Assembly: GCF_021028975.2 (NCBI RefSeq)
Contig: NC_059427.1
Span: 77,872,001 to 77,936,000, forward strand
DNA: 64,000 nt
Source of the DNA: Sphaerodactylus townsendi
Taxonomy: Eukaryota
Direction of reading: 5' to 3'
The first letter of the stretch is position 1. Every line of letters begins with the position of its first letter. The notes beneath the pieces were generated by a model. The model saw only the letters and a list, made by a program, of their open reading frames with translations, was not told the DNA's origin and made no database searches. Below, in pieces: positions 1 through 13,371 of this stretch. Made by a program: the position numbers and the translations under genes.

Positions 1-315
1 GATGAAGAACCATCAATAAAGCCATCAGAAACATTGCTCAAATACTGCCAGCATTTTCCAAAAGAATTTACAAAAGGATCAAATGAGGATTTTTTCTAGT
101 TACAGGCATGTTTTTCACATACTAAAAGCTGATAAAGAGTTCTTCAGTAGAGTGCGAGAATAAAATCATAAAATGAAGCAAAAAGCCCAACCCTCTTAGT
201 GAAGACACCATGGATTCATGCAATCAACTGTGCTTTCCAGGATTCAGTATAAACCTTTAATCCCTGTCCCCATCTTTATTTTTCATCAGATCCCAAACTC
301 TGTGCTTTTTGGTAC

Positions 316-422
316 CTGATGGATGCAGTTCGAGGTCTGTGCTCTCGGGAATCCATTACCCAACCAACATGGCACTCCATTGGAGGATTTGAGCTATGCC
401 GCGTCTTCCTCTTCCGGGGTGT
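316..422 (-). CDS. LARP1: LARP1 exon ~14 (107 nt): TPRKRKTRHSSNPPMECHVGWVMDSREHRPRTASI
   Basis: Acceptor cttcttgcag, donor gtacca; phase 0 to 2. Confidence 0.95.
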
Positions 423-572
423 CTGCAAGAAGCAAGATCTTCTGCTTTACAAAGGCTGAAATCTCCCTGAGCCCCAAAATCAGGACAGACCAGAAAAGCT
501 GTCACAAAAAACTATAAGTATATAATCACATTTATATACATACAGGACAAGCCTCTGGTATGCAGGCCTTAC

Positions 573-778
573 CTTGGCATCTATCAACCTGCCTTCTTTA
601 ACCACTGGGTAAAAACGGGGCGTCTGTGTTGGGTCTTTCAGCTGAGGTGTGCGAGGGGTCCGTGGGGTCCTGGCATTACGGTAATTTGGGGATTCTGGCA
701 CAGTTGTTGGCAAAGATCGGGCAATGGTTGAAGGCTCGGGTACACCAAAGAGCTTGTTGGCCAGAGCATCTGTAGGAA
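573..778 (-). CDS. LARP1: LARP1 exon ~13 (206 nt): VPTDALANKLFG...RTPRTPRTPQLKD...FYPVVKEGRLIDAK
   Basis: Acceptor cctttag, donor gtaagg; overlaps ORF 480..839. Confidence 0.96.
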
Positions 779-1315
779 CTAAAGGATGAAAACAGTTGAC
801 ACAAATGAAAAACTGGAATTCTTCTGCATTTAACAGCATAAGTCTTCCAGCACCAAAGCAATTTCTTTCAAATCCTCACCAAGTGGCTTCTTCAAGAGAA
901 AAAGAAGCTGATAATGACAGTTTTTATTTATTACTTTTTAAATCATGATCCTTCTCCTAGAAACCTAGTAAAAAACCTAAAAAGAATTTGGAAGAACAAC
1001 CCCCCTCCCAGACTCTAAAAAGATTCCTCTGGAAAACTGGGAAACTTTTAGAGAAATAAAAATGTTTGAAATTTGTGTCAAAGTTTTATTCAGTCAAAAA
1101 ATGTACCATCAGTAATTTTACATAAGGCAACCAAAAATATGAGATATGTTAACTGCTTACATTAATTTGAAGACTGTAGACAAATACAGTATGTTTTCAA
1201 ATATTCATTTTATTGCTGAAACGTGAATGATTTTAGCAACAATTTTTTTGCTGTGTGTCTGCTGATAAATTTTTAAAATTCACTGTTTTCAGCATTACAA
1301 AGATTAACTTTACAT

Positions 1316-1515
1316 AGCCAGCATGGTGCAGTATTAAAAACATCAGACTAAGATCTGGGAAACCCAGGTCTGAATTCCCACTCTGCCATAAAAGGTTGCT
1401 TGGTGACCTTGGGATCATTACAGGATTGTTGTGAGGATAAAATGGAAGCAATGAGAATGATGCTTGTAGCTTTGTGTCTCCACTGGGGAGAAAAGCTAGA
1501 TATAAAGTAAAAAAT
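1316..1515 (+). mobile_element. tRNA-derived MIR/Squam-like SINE, degenerate
   Basis: Head agccagcatggtgcagt, B-box-like ggtctgaattccc, core gtgaccttggg and ttgttgtgaggataaaat, A-rich tail. Confidence 0.7.
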
Positions 1516-2027
1516 ACAATAAATTAACAATATTCAAATATGCTGATATAACTGCTCACTGTTTCTCTACGAGATTGTTTCTGTCCAAATAATCCACACT
1601 CTTTTCTTTACTACAAAAAGTATTATTTAATTTCAATGTTTATTTTATTTTTTCCCACCTCAGGTGGCAAAAATTAAGATGCAAGTGCTAAAGTAGCACA
1701 AATGCTTGCAGTTCTCTCTCGCTCTGTCAAGTAATGAGTATATTTGCAGCTTTGGTTGCAGAAAAGCAAGGCAGTTATACTTTTAATTCCATAAATATTT
1801 CAATCAGTACAATTCTTTGTACGACCTAAATTGTAGGTGTGCATTTATGTTGACAATGTAGGAAACTCTTTTTTTCCCAGGGGATGGGAAAGAGACACAT
1901 TTTTTTCCATGGCATCAAAACTTCTAGAAACTTTGTTTAATAATGGGCAGGGCAGAAATTTGAAGCTGGTTCTCCTTGCCTTAGTTCTGCACACAGAATA
2001 CTAGACCACACTGCCTCTCTCCAGGTA

Positions 2028-2440
2028 CCGTATATACTCGCGTATAAGCCGACCCGCGTATAAGCCAAGGCACCCAATTTTACCTCAAAAAAACTGGGAC
2101 ATTTTATTTACCCTCGGTATAAGCCGAGAGTGGGAAAGATCCATCAGGAGGCAGGGTGCTGAGCCGGCAAAGGAGCCACAGCTGGAGGAAAGGAGCACCC
2201 AAGAAGCCTTTGGGAGGCTTTTTAAGGAGGGGCGAGGCGGGCACGCATGGGTCTGGGGAGAGGGAAAGTGGCTGAAAGCAGGAGAAAGTGAAGAAGAATG
2301 CCTCGTTCCCCTCTCTAACTCGCGCTTTCTTTTTTGCAGGCTCTAAGTTTAAGGCGTGGTTTCAGGGAAGCTGCCGGCTTTCTTTCTCGCAGGCTCTAAG
2401 TCCACAGGGAAGCTGCACCTTGGGGCAGCCTGTTCTACGG
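2028..2440. mobile_element. Truncated Tc1/mariner-type non-autonomous DNA transposon
   Basis: TA followed by TIR ccgtatatactcgcgtataag; first ~100 bp are the reverse complement of the right end of the 50942-51689 element; right boundary approximate. Confidence 0.7.
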
Positions 2441-2650
2441 TTTTCTTAAAACGGCCATTGCCCTAGACCTTTTGGTGGAAAAGAGTATAGCTAGAGATAC
2501 ACTTCCAATGTTTAACATAAAAAGTTACTAAACTGGAAAAGCCGAGATCTGTATGTTGAAAGGTCACAGGTGTCCAATGGCTGGGAATCTCTTGTCAAGA
2601 ACCAGAAAAAATTCCAAGACAGAACTAGCATGCTGCATTTGACCTCCTAC

Positions 2651-2774
2651 CTTGCTGGAACCTGGGTGGTCCAGGTGGGACTTCCTGATTTGGGTCCACA
2701 GGAGGCTCTGGAGTCAAAGTATCAAACTGTTCTCGACTTATCATATTCACCTTCTTGAAATTTTCAACTTCTTG
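2651..2774 (-). CDS. LARP1: LARP1 exon ~12 (124 nt): QEVENFKKVNMISREQFDTLTPEPPVDPNQEVPPGPPRFQQ
   Basis: Acceptor caactgcag, donor gtagga; phase 0 to 1. Confidence 0.96.
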
Positions 2775-3334
2775 CTGCAGTTGAAAGAAAAATGTGAATA
2801 TAAAAATTAAATGCTTTCAACTAAACATGGCAAGGAAAGAATGAAACAATCAAGCCTGCAACCATTAAAAATATCAGGAGCTGAAGTTAAGATTTAAGAG
2901 GTGATGCTGTGATGGACTGCACAGTAAAACAGAGGCTTAAAATTGCAAGTCGGTCAGCGGAACAAGATGCCATCACAACAAGAGTGGGGGGAAAACCTTC
3001 CTAGGAACAGGAAAGCTCCCAAATTGGGTAAGCTGACCTGAACTCTGATTGGTGGAGAAACCAGTTGACTCAGAGAGGGAACAGATACCGTCACATTCGT
3101 CTATACCCTTTTTACACCTTTTTTTAAAAGATCAAGCCCAACACCATTTCTTCCTTGTTTCAAAACATTTATTACATAAAGTATAAAACTTGAAACAATA
3201 TTAAAAAAGGAAAAAAACTAATTTAATTTTGCAAAGCTTAAGACCTGTCATGAATTTCACCCTTCATCCCTTATCCACCCTCTCTTGATCTTGTCTCAAA
3301 CTTTTTTATCCACTCTAACTACCATTAACCTTTC

Positions 3335-4130
3335 TTAAAATAGTTTTCCAGAAGGAAGACTTTCCCCTGACGGTAGATACTCATTCCCAGGTGTATCAGG
3401 ATTTTTGTGGGAGTCAACTGCTCTTCTGATGGTTGATGAGGAACCCATGGGAGGTAAGTATGTGAATAGTAGTTTGTTTACTAATTGTTGCTTTGATGGC
3501 AATCTGATCAGTATGTCATCCAGATAAGGAAACAGATATATTCCTTGCTGGTGCAAAAGAGCTATCAGAGTGACCATGATCTCTGTGAACACTCTGGGTG
3601 TTTACACAGGTCAGAAATAGGGCCCTGTATTGAAAGTGGTGTTGCACCAATGAAAAACAAAAGTGTTTTCTTGAAGGGTGGTGAATTGGTGCCTAAAGGC
3701 ATGCTTCCTTCAATTTCAAGGATGCTATCTAATCATATCTTTGAACAACTGGAAAGATAGTTTTTAGAGATCCCATCCACAACATTCCTTTTTCTACCCA
3801 TCTGTTAAGATTTTAGATTCAATATTGTTCTCCATCCCCCTGACTACAAACAGGGCACCCCTTTGAATTCCTGTGGGACCTGTTCTACTTCTCTAATCTC
3901 TATAAGGTGGTTCACCTCTTCCCACAAGATTTTTGCTTGTTTATCTTCATGGGTATTCTGTGCAGATACACATTGGGACTGTAATTGCACAGGCTTGCCA
4001 CTGAAAGATTTACAAGCTTTCTGTCTGCTCTGCAGTTCTGAAGAGGATTCACTCCCCTTCCCCCTAGAGAGAAGATTCCTGCCCAAATGGTCACAGGATG
4101 GGAAGGGGAGGAGTGCTGCTCCCTCAGTTC
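3335..4130 (-). mobile_element. DIRS-type retrotransposon relic (RT fragment)
   Basis: ORF 3335..3592 contains QGIYLFPYLDDILIR; ORF 3844..4221 contains EEVNHLIEIREVEQVP, resembling a DIRS RT N-terminus; frameshifted. Confidence 0.8.
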
Positions 4131-4138
4131 TCCTAGTG

Positions 4139-4380
4139 CAGTGATGGCGAATCTTTTCAAGACCGAGTGCCCAACTGCAACCCAAAACCCACTTATTTGT
4201 CGCAAAGTGCCAAACCGGCAATTTAACCTGAATACTGAAGTTTTAGTTTAGAAAAAGGTTGGCTCCGAGATGCGTGTTACTCGGGAGTAAGATTGGTGGT
4301 AGTAGGTGGATTTGTTTTGAAGCAACCATGGTAGTTTAGGGTTGTAACTACTTTTTGCAGCAGTCTCGAACACTCTCGAT
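4139..4380. mobile_element. hAT-like MITE fragment
   Basis: Begins cagtgatggcgaatctttt...gagtgcc, a typical hAT/Charlie-like end; other end not confirmed. Confidence 0.55.
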
Positions 4381-6310
4381 GAGGCATTGCTCTGTTCTGA
4401 CTCCTCTCCAGACCATTCACCATTCTCTCTTTCCCGATCAGGGCCTAGGGACAATCTGAGGGTATGTGAATTGTCCCAAGATTGTTGTGGCCACGAGTGA
4501 ATTGGTGGGGGGGGGGAGTTGGAGAGACAGTGAGCCAATAGCACACTAGCATCAGGGTTGTGATATATGCCGCCTCTTCCCTTACTACACCTCCATGAGG
4601 AATAGTCTAGTCGTGACCTTGATAGAGCGTGCTTGAACATTTCCATGAGCCATTGGGACCAGCTGTCATGGGTGAAAGACTGGCGTGCCACAGGGAGCCC
4701 AAGAAACCTTAAAGCCTGGATGCCTGGTTATGGGTTGATATGGTCCTGCATTCAGAAATAGTTTGAATATGGGCTCCTTAGCAAGGACCTTCGCACAGTT
4801 ATTTGAAATGTCAACTGAAGGAACATTGAGTGATAGGAAATTTTCCCACAAATTTTGCTCATGAAGCCCATGTTGTGATAAGTTTGCATGCAAATTATGA
4901 AAATCTACCTCCATAGCTTTCAATGTAATGTGTGCTCTTTCAAGTAAAGAGTTGACGAATCAGATACTTCACACTTGCAGGCTTGGTAACAACCTTAGTA
5001 TCCATACCAGACATTTATCACCAGAAAACCCCTATTTTACCTTAATATGCAGAGCAATGCAAGATCTGAATCTTTGTTCAGCAACTGGCATGCCTTCAAA
5101 CAGTGCAAAAACTCCCAAATATTTTTCCATATGACCATTACAAAAATATTACAGAGTTTAGGGAACTGAACAGATTTCACAATATGAACTCAAATTAAGC
5201 CTTGTTTACTATGATGAAGGACACAGAAGAGGAATCAGGGAGTTGGAGGATCACACTCCTTCACTAAGCAGGTGAAGTATTTCCCACCAAAAATTTTCAC
5301 TCCCTTCAGATGCAGCACTCCTCTCTCCGCCATGTTCCAGGACACCCAACTGCTAACTCAGAGTAAAGGAGTGGGCTGATGCTGGGCCATTCAAAAGTCA
5401 CACCTTTTGTCTCAAGGGCCTAACCGTCAAAAAGGCTCCATTTCTGACAAGTTTAATTCAGGCCATGCTCCCTCAAAAGCCCAATAATGCTCCCTGGAGG
5501 CTTGGGAAGGAAGGAACTGCCAACCCATTTGATATTTAAAGGGGGGTGGGGGTAGAAGGAAGGAAGAAAAATTAAAGGTGCTGTAACCACCAGATTAGAA
5601 GAACTGAACAGAGAACACCTGTTTGTAACCTGACAATTGTTGGAATACAGTTGCCTGCCCACTGTGAAGCATGACCTTTTTGCAGTATTATGCAGAAAGA
5701 TCTCCTCAACAAGGCGAAGAAGGTTTCCTAAATTCTAGCTATGTTACAGCAACTGGCATAGACCCTTTATACCTCTACAATTCCCCTGTCCAATCAGGGA
5801 TAAGCCTCTACCTGCAATCTTAAGTGGTATGCAAACAGGGCTTTGAGCCATGCCCCAGCTACAAAGTGACAGCCCAAGTATGGGAAGGTTTATGTGAACA
5901 ATATGGAAAAAAGCCCCAAACACAAGTGCTTGAGGGGAAGACATGGCAGAAAGTGAAAGTACTGAGGTAACAAACGGTTACTTGACTGGTGTATGGCTTT
6001 GATTCATCTTAATTTCTTGCTTTGCAGTCACACTATGGTTTCTCAACCGAATGTTTTTAAGTTGATATTGCTGGTTTTAGCTTTTAATGTTTGCTGTTGT
6101 AGTAGTCCTAGTGGATCTGTTTGGTTTTGCATTTTGCTTTCAACTTTATTATGGACTGATTTTTATAAATGAATTGTATATTGCTGTGACAACACATATC
6201 TAAGAAGCAACAGGACACAAATATTGTAATGGTAAGTACAGTCCCCTTACCTTCACTCAGAAAATCAAAACTATTTCTGCTTGTACTAAAATAGTAGTTT
6301 GGATTCTCAC

Positions 6311-6664
6311 CTTTATCTGAGAGTATTCCGGCTCAAACTGCTCTGTCCACAGGTCCTGTTCATAGTAATAAAGTCCATCATTGATCACCTTGGCCAACTC
6401 TGAGCTCATCTTGGCCCTGGATGTGTGGTTGCCTGTTCTATCTCCCCCTGGATGCCGGCGCAGATAAGGGGGTGTCTGTGTCACAATCAAAATCTTGTTC
6501 ACATCCCTGTCATCAATCTCGTAGTCTGAATCCTCATCTGACCAATCAGTGAAGGTGTTTTTACGGCCATCCATCTGTTCCATTTCCTCATCAAACAGGA
6601 AGTCCAGTTCTTCAGGTTCATCCTGGTCCTTCTGCTTCTGAGGAATCTTGGATTCTTCTGGTTT
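6311..6664 (-). CDS. LARP1: LARP1 exon ~11 (354 nt): KPEESKIPQKQKDQDEPEELDFLFDEEM...RHPGGDRTGNH...EYSQIK
   Basis: Acceptor gattccag, donor gtgaga; overlaps ORF 6257..6583. Confidence 0.94.
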
Positions 6665-7475
6665 CTGGAATCAAACAGGTAACACTGTAAAAACCAATGG
6701 GGGCACTGACCACAAAAATCCAAATAGGACCTGGAACTGCAAAAGAAACCCCCCCCCCCAACCCTTTACAGATACCATGAGGCTTCAGGCTCAGCCTCAA
6801 GATAAAAATCAATGCTTAACTAACCTGAAAAAACCCACACAACTACCTTTAATATTGTGCAATCCAACATTTGCTGACCCTTCAAAAAACATGAAGGAGT
6901 AGAAACCTGACACTGATGTGAACTCACAGTTTAAGACAATGGGCCAACAGACTATTATTCCTGACAGTACAGCAGTACTTTGATTCTCCACAGATTCATG
7001 AGATGGATCAAACTCCCACTGGCACTATTAATACAACACAGGTTTGAAATAAAAAAAATCATAAATTATCTAGAAACTTCAGTTTTGCCCAGAACTAAAC
7101 GTCATGTCCATTTGGAAGTCCTACTTGAGAATGGCAGACAAAGTAATTTGTTTTGTATTTGGTTTTGATGGTACATCGACTGTATACCATTGACCTCTCC
7201 CCTGGCTATTAAGTTCTCCCTATCCTTGGACAGTACAGAAGAAATGATGAAATAGGGGGACATATGTTATGGATTATTATAGGCTGTGACTGTTTTAACA
7301 CCATCAATGGATCTAATGTTGAGGTTTTAGTGTGTTTAAATTATGCTGTGCTTTACTATTGTATTGATGTTTTACAATTTTGTAAGCTGCCTTGATTCCG
7401 ACCTTGGTTGGGAATTGGGTGGGATATAAATTCAGTTCAATTCAATGCAATGCAATGCAATCAATCACTATCTAC

Positions 7476-7645
7476 CTTGGGTCTGGCCGGGGAAGGCCTT
7501 GGCCTCTTCTTCACCTCAATCCATGTCTCTGAGTCCAAGTCTGGCAGGCTGGCAGAAAGACCTTTGGGCATTGTCTTCAGATTACTAACTTCCTCTGCTT
7601 TGGTTGGCACAGGACTGGCAGAGCGAGGAGATCCAGGTGCAGATT
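7476..7645 (-). CDS. LARP1: LARP1 exon ~10 (170 nt): ESAPGSPR...LSASLPDLDSETWIEVKKRPRPSPARPK
   Basis: Acceptor attatag, donor gtagat; phase 1 to 0. Confidence 0.95.
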
Positions 7646-8547
7646 CTATAATATGTATTTCAGTAAAATGTAAACATTGGCACATGTAGACAAGTACTCT
7701 TTGCTCGTTGTAAGAAAGGTTAGCTTCATACTGTGAATGGCAAACATTTGGCTAGGAGAGTTACACACTCCTAAGCAGAAATGTGTCCTTTCTCTCTCCA
7801 ACCACATGCATGTTTTGATAACAATTAATGCGTATTAATTTGTAAAAGACAAAATCTAACTATCCTGTTAGCTTTCCATAGCAGTTCATTTTTTAAGTTC
7901 ATTAGTTCATTTTTAAAGTACATCAGGATTCACACATGTTTCACTTCTACCAGCTGAATCTTCCACTTCCTGGCAACCAAGACTGTAGAAACACACAAAG
8001 GAATCTGGTAACGGGACAGCACCACACTGATAAATTGGAGTGTGGGATTTTCCACTGTTCAGATTCCAAGACTAGAATCCACCAGACATTTGAAGTCTTT
8101 CTTCTGAACAGTCTGCTACCTGCTGCACGGAGATTAGCCACCATCTACACCACTGGATGGTGACAAGTAGGGAGAACCAACCATTTTTAATGCTGTGAAA
8201 CAGCACATGTTCATGGTGAAGAATAACAAGTTGCCAGGTTCAGTAAGTGACATTCATCACACAGTACAACATTGTTACATCGTAAGAACTTTCATAAAAA
8301 GAATGTTCAGATGTCAACTGGCAGAAGGAAGCATGAGATATCCACAAAATATATTTTAGAGGAGGCAAGAGAATATGGACAGAACAGGGTGGATTCTATT
8401 TTCATTTCTGAAACACTATTGGGGTACCATTCCCAATCATTGGAAAGGACAATGGATTTCCTGGCCCCCAAACTCAGTAACAAAACAATTTACTGAACAG
8501 AAGCGCAACAGATAAAGGAAACAGATATTTCCTTTATCAGTACTGAC

Positions 8548-8722
8548 CTGTCTCCTTTTGGAAGCTCTGTCTGGGCACAAACTCTGGGCAGTTGATGAGC
8601 TGGGAGAAGTCAGTTTGTGCATAGTCTGTCATAGGAGGCCCAGGTAAAGGCCATTTTTCTGGTTCTTCCTTTCTCCTGATCTTCTGATCCACAATCTCTA
8701 CCACTTTGCTGTCCTTCAGTGC
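8548..8722 (-). CDS. LARP1: LARP1 exon ~9 (175 nt): [17 protein letters not shown]...[22 protein letters not shown] (end of La motif plus PAM2)
   Basis: Acceptor ctttccag, donor gtcagt; PAM2-like LINCPEFVP. Confidence 0.96.
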
Positions 8723-9094
8723 CTGGAAAGACAAGTTTTTACTATCAACATTAGTATACTGAAGCAAGGTCAGGTGTACCACCACAAATGCTGTGCAGGA
8801 GGAATTTATTGTAGACCACAGATATGTGTGTTGTTGTACCCTTGGGAAAAGGGGTGGGGAAAGAACTGGAGAAAACTAAATGCAAAGAAGTAAAATCATT
8901 TTTTCTACTAACATTTTAAAGGGTTTTCTGGGGTCTGGAAAATAAAAAAACCCAGAGGATCTGATTAGATATGTCTTATTCTGGGCTACCATTGATACCA
9001 CAACACTAAGTGATCATATTAAGACAAGCCCAGACTAACAGTCTAGTAATGAACCCACAGGAAATTCATAAAGGCACATGCGATAATCTCTTAC

Positions 9095-9239
9095 CTTTAT
9101 GATAAGGCCAACATCTGTAGTCAAGGCCTGCACTCGATGGAAACTGGCTATGAGGGTGATAGGAAGGAAACCTTCTGTGTCCATCTTCCGCCTCAGGAAA
9201 AAGTCTCGTTCTAAGTTGTCCACACTGAAGTAGTATTCT
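9095..9239 (-). CDS. LARP1: LARP1 exon ~8 (145 nt): [48 protein letters not shown] (La motif core)
   Basis: Acceptor gtatttag, donor gtaaga; canonical La-motif residues. Confidence 0.97.
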
Positions 9240-9759
9240 CTAAATACAATAAACAAGGAATGAGCAAAAGAGACATATTTCAGACTACACCACACACCTA
9301 CTGTTTTACAACGTAAGTGTGCTTCTAAGAGCTTCATCACACTTCTTAATTCTTCCAAACAGAGCAAAATGAATCCACAGAAAGAGGAACCCTTTATTCT
9401 CACAGAACTCTTTGTCAAGTCAAGACAACCTTTATTGGCATATCGGCATAAAGATAGACAAGGGGGAAGAGAGTCATACATAACAGAGTTTGGTAATTGG
9501 ATGCAGTGCTACAGAATTCCTATTCTGTGTTTGAAGATGCATCACAATGGCGAGACGTAGAAATTTGGCTGTTGTCTCGGTTATATTAGTAATTATATTA
9601 CTAATTATTTAACAGGTAGAAGATTTTTTGTTGGTCTGACAAGATTTTTTTTCTCTGCCAGAACCTGTTGCAAAAGATTTAATTTGCTTGTCTAATAGAG
9701 AGGGCAATACAAAAGCACATGCTCGAGTGATTCTACACAGTTCATGGTGCATATGCAAA

Positions 9760-9933
9760 TTCTCTGCCCCCCCTTACAACACCCTGTGAGGTAGGTGGGG
9801 CTGAGAGAGCTCTGAAGAACTGTGACTAACCCAAGGTCACCCAGCTGGCATGTGTTGGAGTGCACAAGCTAATCTGGTTCACTACATCCCCAGATTAGAG
9901 TGCACCTGCTCTTAACCAGTACACCATGCTGGC
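9760..9933 (-). mobile_element. Squam/MIR-like tRNA SINE
   Basis: Reverse complement begins gccagcatggtgtactggttaagagc (A box), with core gggtgaccttggg and ctcacagggtgttgt. Confidence 0.75.
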
Positions 9934-9939
9934 CAGTAA

Positions 9940-11565
9940 CCATCTAACTGGCTTGGATACATTTGAGAAGACCATAACCTTGGATTTTGCAAAGTTCAAT
10001 ACCAGAGAACTGTTGCTACAATACTCATTGCATTTGTTGAAGAGACATTTTAAGCCAATTTGGATCTTGACAAAAGGATTGCACCATCTGCATACAATAA
10101 AATTGGGATCTGGACATTTCCTAGCCACAGGGCATGTGAATTAATTTCTAGCAGGGTTGGAGCAAGATCATTCAAAAATAAATTAAATACTGGTGCCAAA
10201 ACACAGTCCTGTTTAACACCCCTTGTGACTGATATTTTAGGGGCGAGAGACCCTGAGGGAAACACTTTATCTGACATGTGTGTCCTTATTGTAATGCCTT
10301 TATAAGGATTAGGAGCCTATCATCCATATTCATTTTTTCCAGAGCAGACACCTCTCTACAGAGTCAAAGGCACCCTTAAGATTCAGAAAGGAAACATACA
10401 ACTTGGACCTCCCTTTGTCTTTATACTTGGTACTTAATAAGTTAAGGACCATACAGTGATCCAAAGTAGATTTTCCCTTCCTGAATCCAATTTGTTCTTG
10501 TCCCAACATTCCATTTAAGGAAATCCAAGTGACAAGCTTGTCTAAAAGATGTTTGGCATTCAGTTTCTCAGCGATTGATAGGAGGCTTATGGGTCTGTAG
10601 TTAGATGTGAGATCTTTTTTGAAAATTGGGACAATAATGGCATTAGTCCAGGCTGGTGGAATTGCACCTGCCGTTATCCACTGTTGTGAATAAAGAGGCT
10701 GGCAATGGAGCGTTTTGTGAATAAAGAGGCTGGCAATATGTTCGTTTTGAATAGCTCTGGAGCCAGTGCATCTGGGCCTGGGGATTTGTGCAACTTGAGC
10801 TGATCAATCCATACCCTGACTTCCTCCATGGTGATCCATGGCCATTCAGGCATATCCTGAGGTTGGACTCGATCTTGGACTATTGACCTATCCCCATCAG
10901 CATTAAATAGCTTTTGGAAATGTAAATACCACACATGTGTGGGAATGCTACAGATGGGGTTAATACTCAGATGCAAATCACCAGGTATTATTGCCCCAAA
11001 TTTCCTAGAATTATTTGATAATGTAGCCTGAATAAGAGTGTCCCAGTGGGAAATTATGCTTTTAAATTTATTATCTTTGATTAATTCGACTAGCTGTTTC
11101 TTAAGTACAAAATATTCATCAGGCACCTTGACCACATTCCTCTTTCTAAAGGCAAAGTAGATCTCCCGTATCTGGTGCTTCAGTGCTACCCATTCCCCAT
11201 CAAATCCAGCACTAAATTGTCTCTAGCCTGCCCCTGCGAGTGCTCATCACCAAGAGGGGTGACAACCTCAGTGATTATCAATATTAAGTTTGCCAGTCCC
11301 TCATGAATTTCTGAGGGGGATGTAGCCTGAATTATTCCTTGTCAAATTTTTATGCCAGCAGGCAAGTACAATAGATCCCGTATTCTTACTTCCATTTTAT
11401 CAGACCATACAATTTTTGGCCAAGCCATCAGAGTTATATTGCTTAATCTAACTGGAAGCAAGTCAGAGGTTTTACATATAAACGACAGTGATAGCAAATG
11501 GTCGCTCAAGTGGTGATGTTCAGAACTCTTTGTTGAAAAAGAGAAGATCTCATTGGTACTCTTCA
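9940..11565 (-). mobile_element. Non-LTR retrotransposon ORF2 relic (RTE-X/CR1-group, clade uncertain)
   Basis: RT motifs GVKQDCVLAPVFNLFLNDL, LLYADGAILLS and LKLHKSPGPD in ORFs 10050..10277 and 10674..11135; multiple frameshifts. Confidence 0.85.
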
Positions 11566-11639
11566 AGACATGCTTAAAGGAATACCTTGATAATATACAT
11601 TCAGCTGTACAAAAACATCTCCTATAATTTCCTGACCTT

Positions 11640-11745
11640 TACGCTCTGTTGGCTGAACATGGCAACAGATTGGCCACTATCTGCGACAGAATGCTGGACT
11701 AGATCAATCACTGATCTGATCCAGCAGAACACCTTTTATGTTCCT
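11640..11745 (+). mobile_element. CR1 3-prime tail fragment
   Basis: gctggactagat...tctgatccagc...ttatgttc resembles the 3-prime end of the CR1 at 37403. Confidence 0.6.
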
Positions 11746-12076
11746 CTCCACTCTCATTTATGCCAGCCCAAATCCAAGGCTTCTGTATGCAACATACAGA
11801 TAACTTTATTGCTTATATTGGACTAAAAAAGAAAGTATTTCCTGCCTCCCTGATTGGATGGTGGGAATCACACAAGATGCCCACGAAGTTCAGAGGGAAA
11901 ACATGACTTTTTAAAGTTAAGGGAGGGGCAGACAAGATTCTATGTGCTGTCAAATTGGCCATCACTGACCTAATAATACACTGCTGCATCAGTCTATTTT
12001 TGTTTGCCGAAACAACAAATCTTGGCATTGAACCATAAGATAAAAACACAATTACGGAATCAAAATTTGTACCTAC

Positions 12077-12239
12077 ATTTGCCGTTTGATATAGTCCTTG
12101 AGCAACTCTTGGTCAACACTATAGAGTTCAGTGCTGCTGATGTTGTCAAAGTAATAGGTGATGTTACTGGCGTATTTCTGACCACGTGAGCCATCAGAGC
12201 CATCAAATTTCCGGTAACCGTACTGATAATCAAAGTGGG
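12077..12239 (-). CDS. LARP1: LARP1 exon ~7 (163 nt): SHFDYQYGYRKFDG...YSVDQELLKDYIKRQ(I), start of La motif
   Basis: Acceptor tttctctgcag, donor gtaggt; phase 1 to 2. Confidence 0.96.
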
Positions 12240-13067
12240 CTGCAGAGAAAAAAAAACAAACCAGAAAAAGTTTTTTCTAAGACCTCTAACCATTTACAGG
12301 CATTTTGTACTGAATATTGTCACTACCACAGAGTCCAATATGCACAACTTAGGAAGACTAAGTTTACACAAAGGTGTGTGCATGTCTGATTTAGGAGCTG
12401 GGCAAGGAAAGGCCCCTGAAGAAATTAACTTAATTCAATGTTTAGTGAAAGAAAGCTGTCACTGCGGCAATTGCACATAACGGCTTCGTTCCATTCAAGC
12501 AAAGAATACAAGGTCCAAATAGTTACTCATACCCTTATGCAAAGTTTCCATTCCTGGCAGTTCTCTCATTAAAATCACTCTATTGTATTATTACCATAAT
12601 TTCCAGCAGGACTGAATATCTGCAATAAGTTTACACTGTGGGATAAGGAATTCCAATGTTCAATGGGACATATTCAGTGAACCCACTACAAACTATGCTA
12701 ATAAGACTGACAGTTCAGGGAAACAAATTTTATCTTATCAGTAACATACCCAATAGGAGATTTACTTTGTTGCCTGCCAGTTCTCTATCTGAATCACTGG
12801 TATAATGGTGCTTGACTAGGCCTTGGAAGTCTGTGTTCACTCCCCATTCTCCACAAAACTTACTGGATAATGTTGGGGCTGTCATTCTCTTTCAGTTTAA
12901 CCTACCTCACAAGATTACTGCAAGGATAAACAGAGAAAAGAGTACCATGTTCACTTTCCTGAGCACCATGAAGAAAGGATGGGATAAAATGCTTCTGTGG
13001 CACCAACAAAACATCAACTTTAACAAAAGTGCATCAAGCAAACATAAATTAGCATCCTTATACGTAC

Positions 13068-13220
13068 AGCGAGTACCTCCTCTTCCTCTTCCTCTCCCAC
13101 GTCCACGACCACGACCTCTACCCCTGAAGGCACCACGCACAGCTGCCCCCTCACTCTTGACACTGGAAGTTTCATCATGATCTGGCCAATTCCGTTCATG
13201 CTTATTATCCAAATGCCAAC
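13068..13220 (-). CDS. LARP1: LARP1 exon ~6 (153 nt): WHLDNKHE...DETSSVKSEG...RGRGRGRGRGRGRGGTR (RG repeat)
   Basis: Acceptor tatcctgtag, donor gtacgt; phase 1 to 1. Confidence 0.92.
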
Positions 13221-13371
13221 CTACAGGATAAGTGGACAGCTATGAAAATATGTGCTTAATGATCTGTGCTGGTGAAAACCATCTCCCTCCATTCTCATTA
13301 TGCACATTATTACCAAAACTTAGCCAAACACTAAGCTAGACTGAGTTACATTAAATGAATAAAATCCCTTC

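Noticed and set aside
10684-10737. 23-bp direct duplication ttgtgaataaagaggctggcaat; also a 21-bp tandem duplication at 27840-27883
   Set aside because: Ordinary local slippage or repair duplications with no sign of function.
12812-13180. Plus-strand ORF with PLPLPRPRPR
   Set aside because: Antisense shadow of the LARP1 RG-repeat exon.
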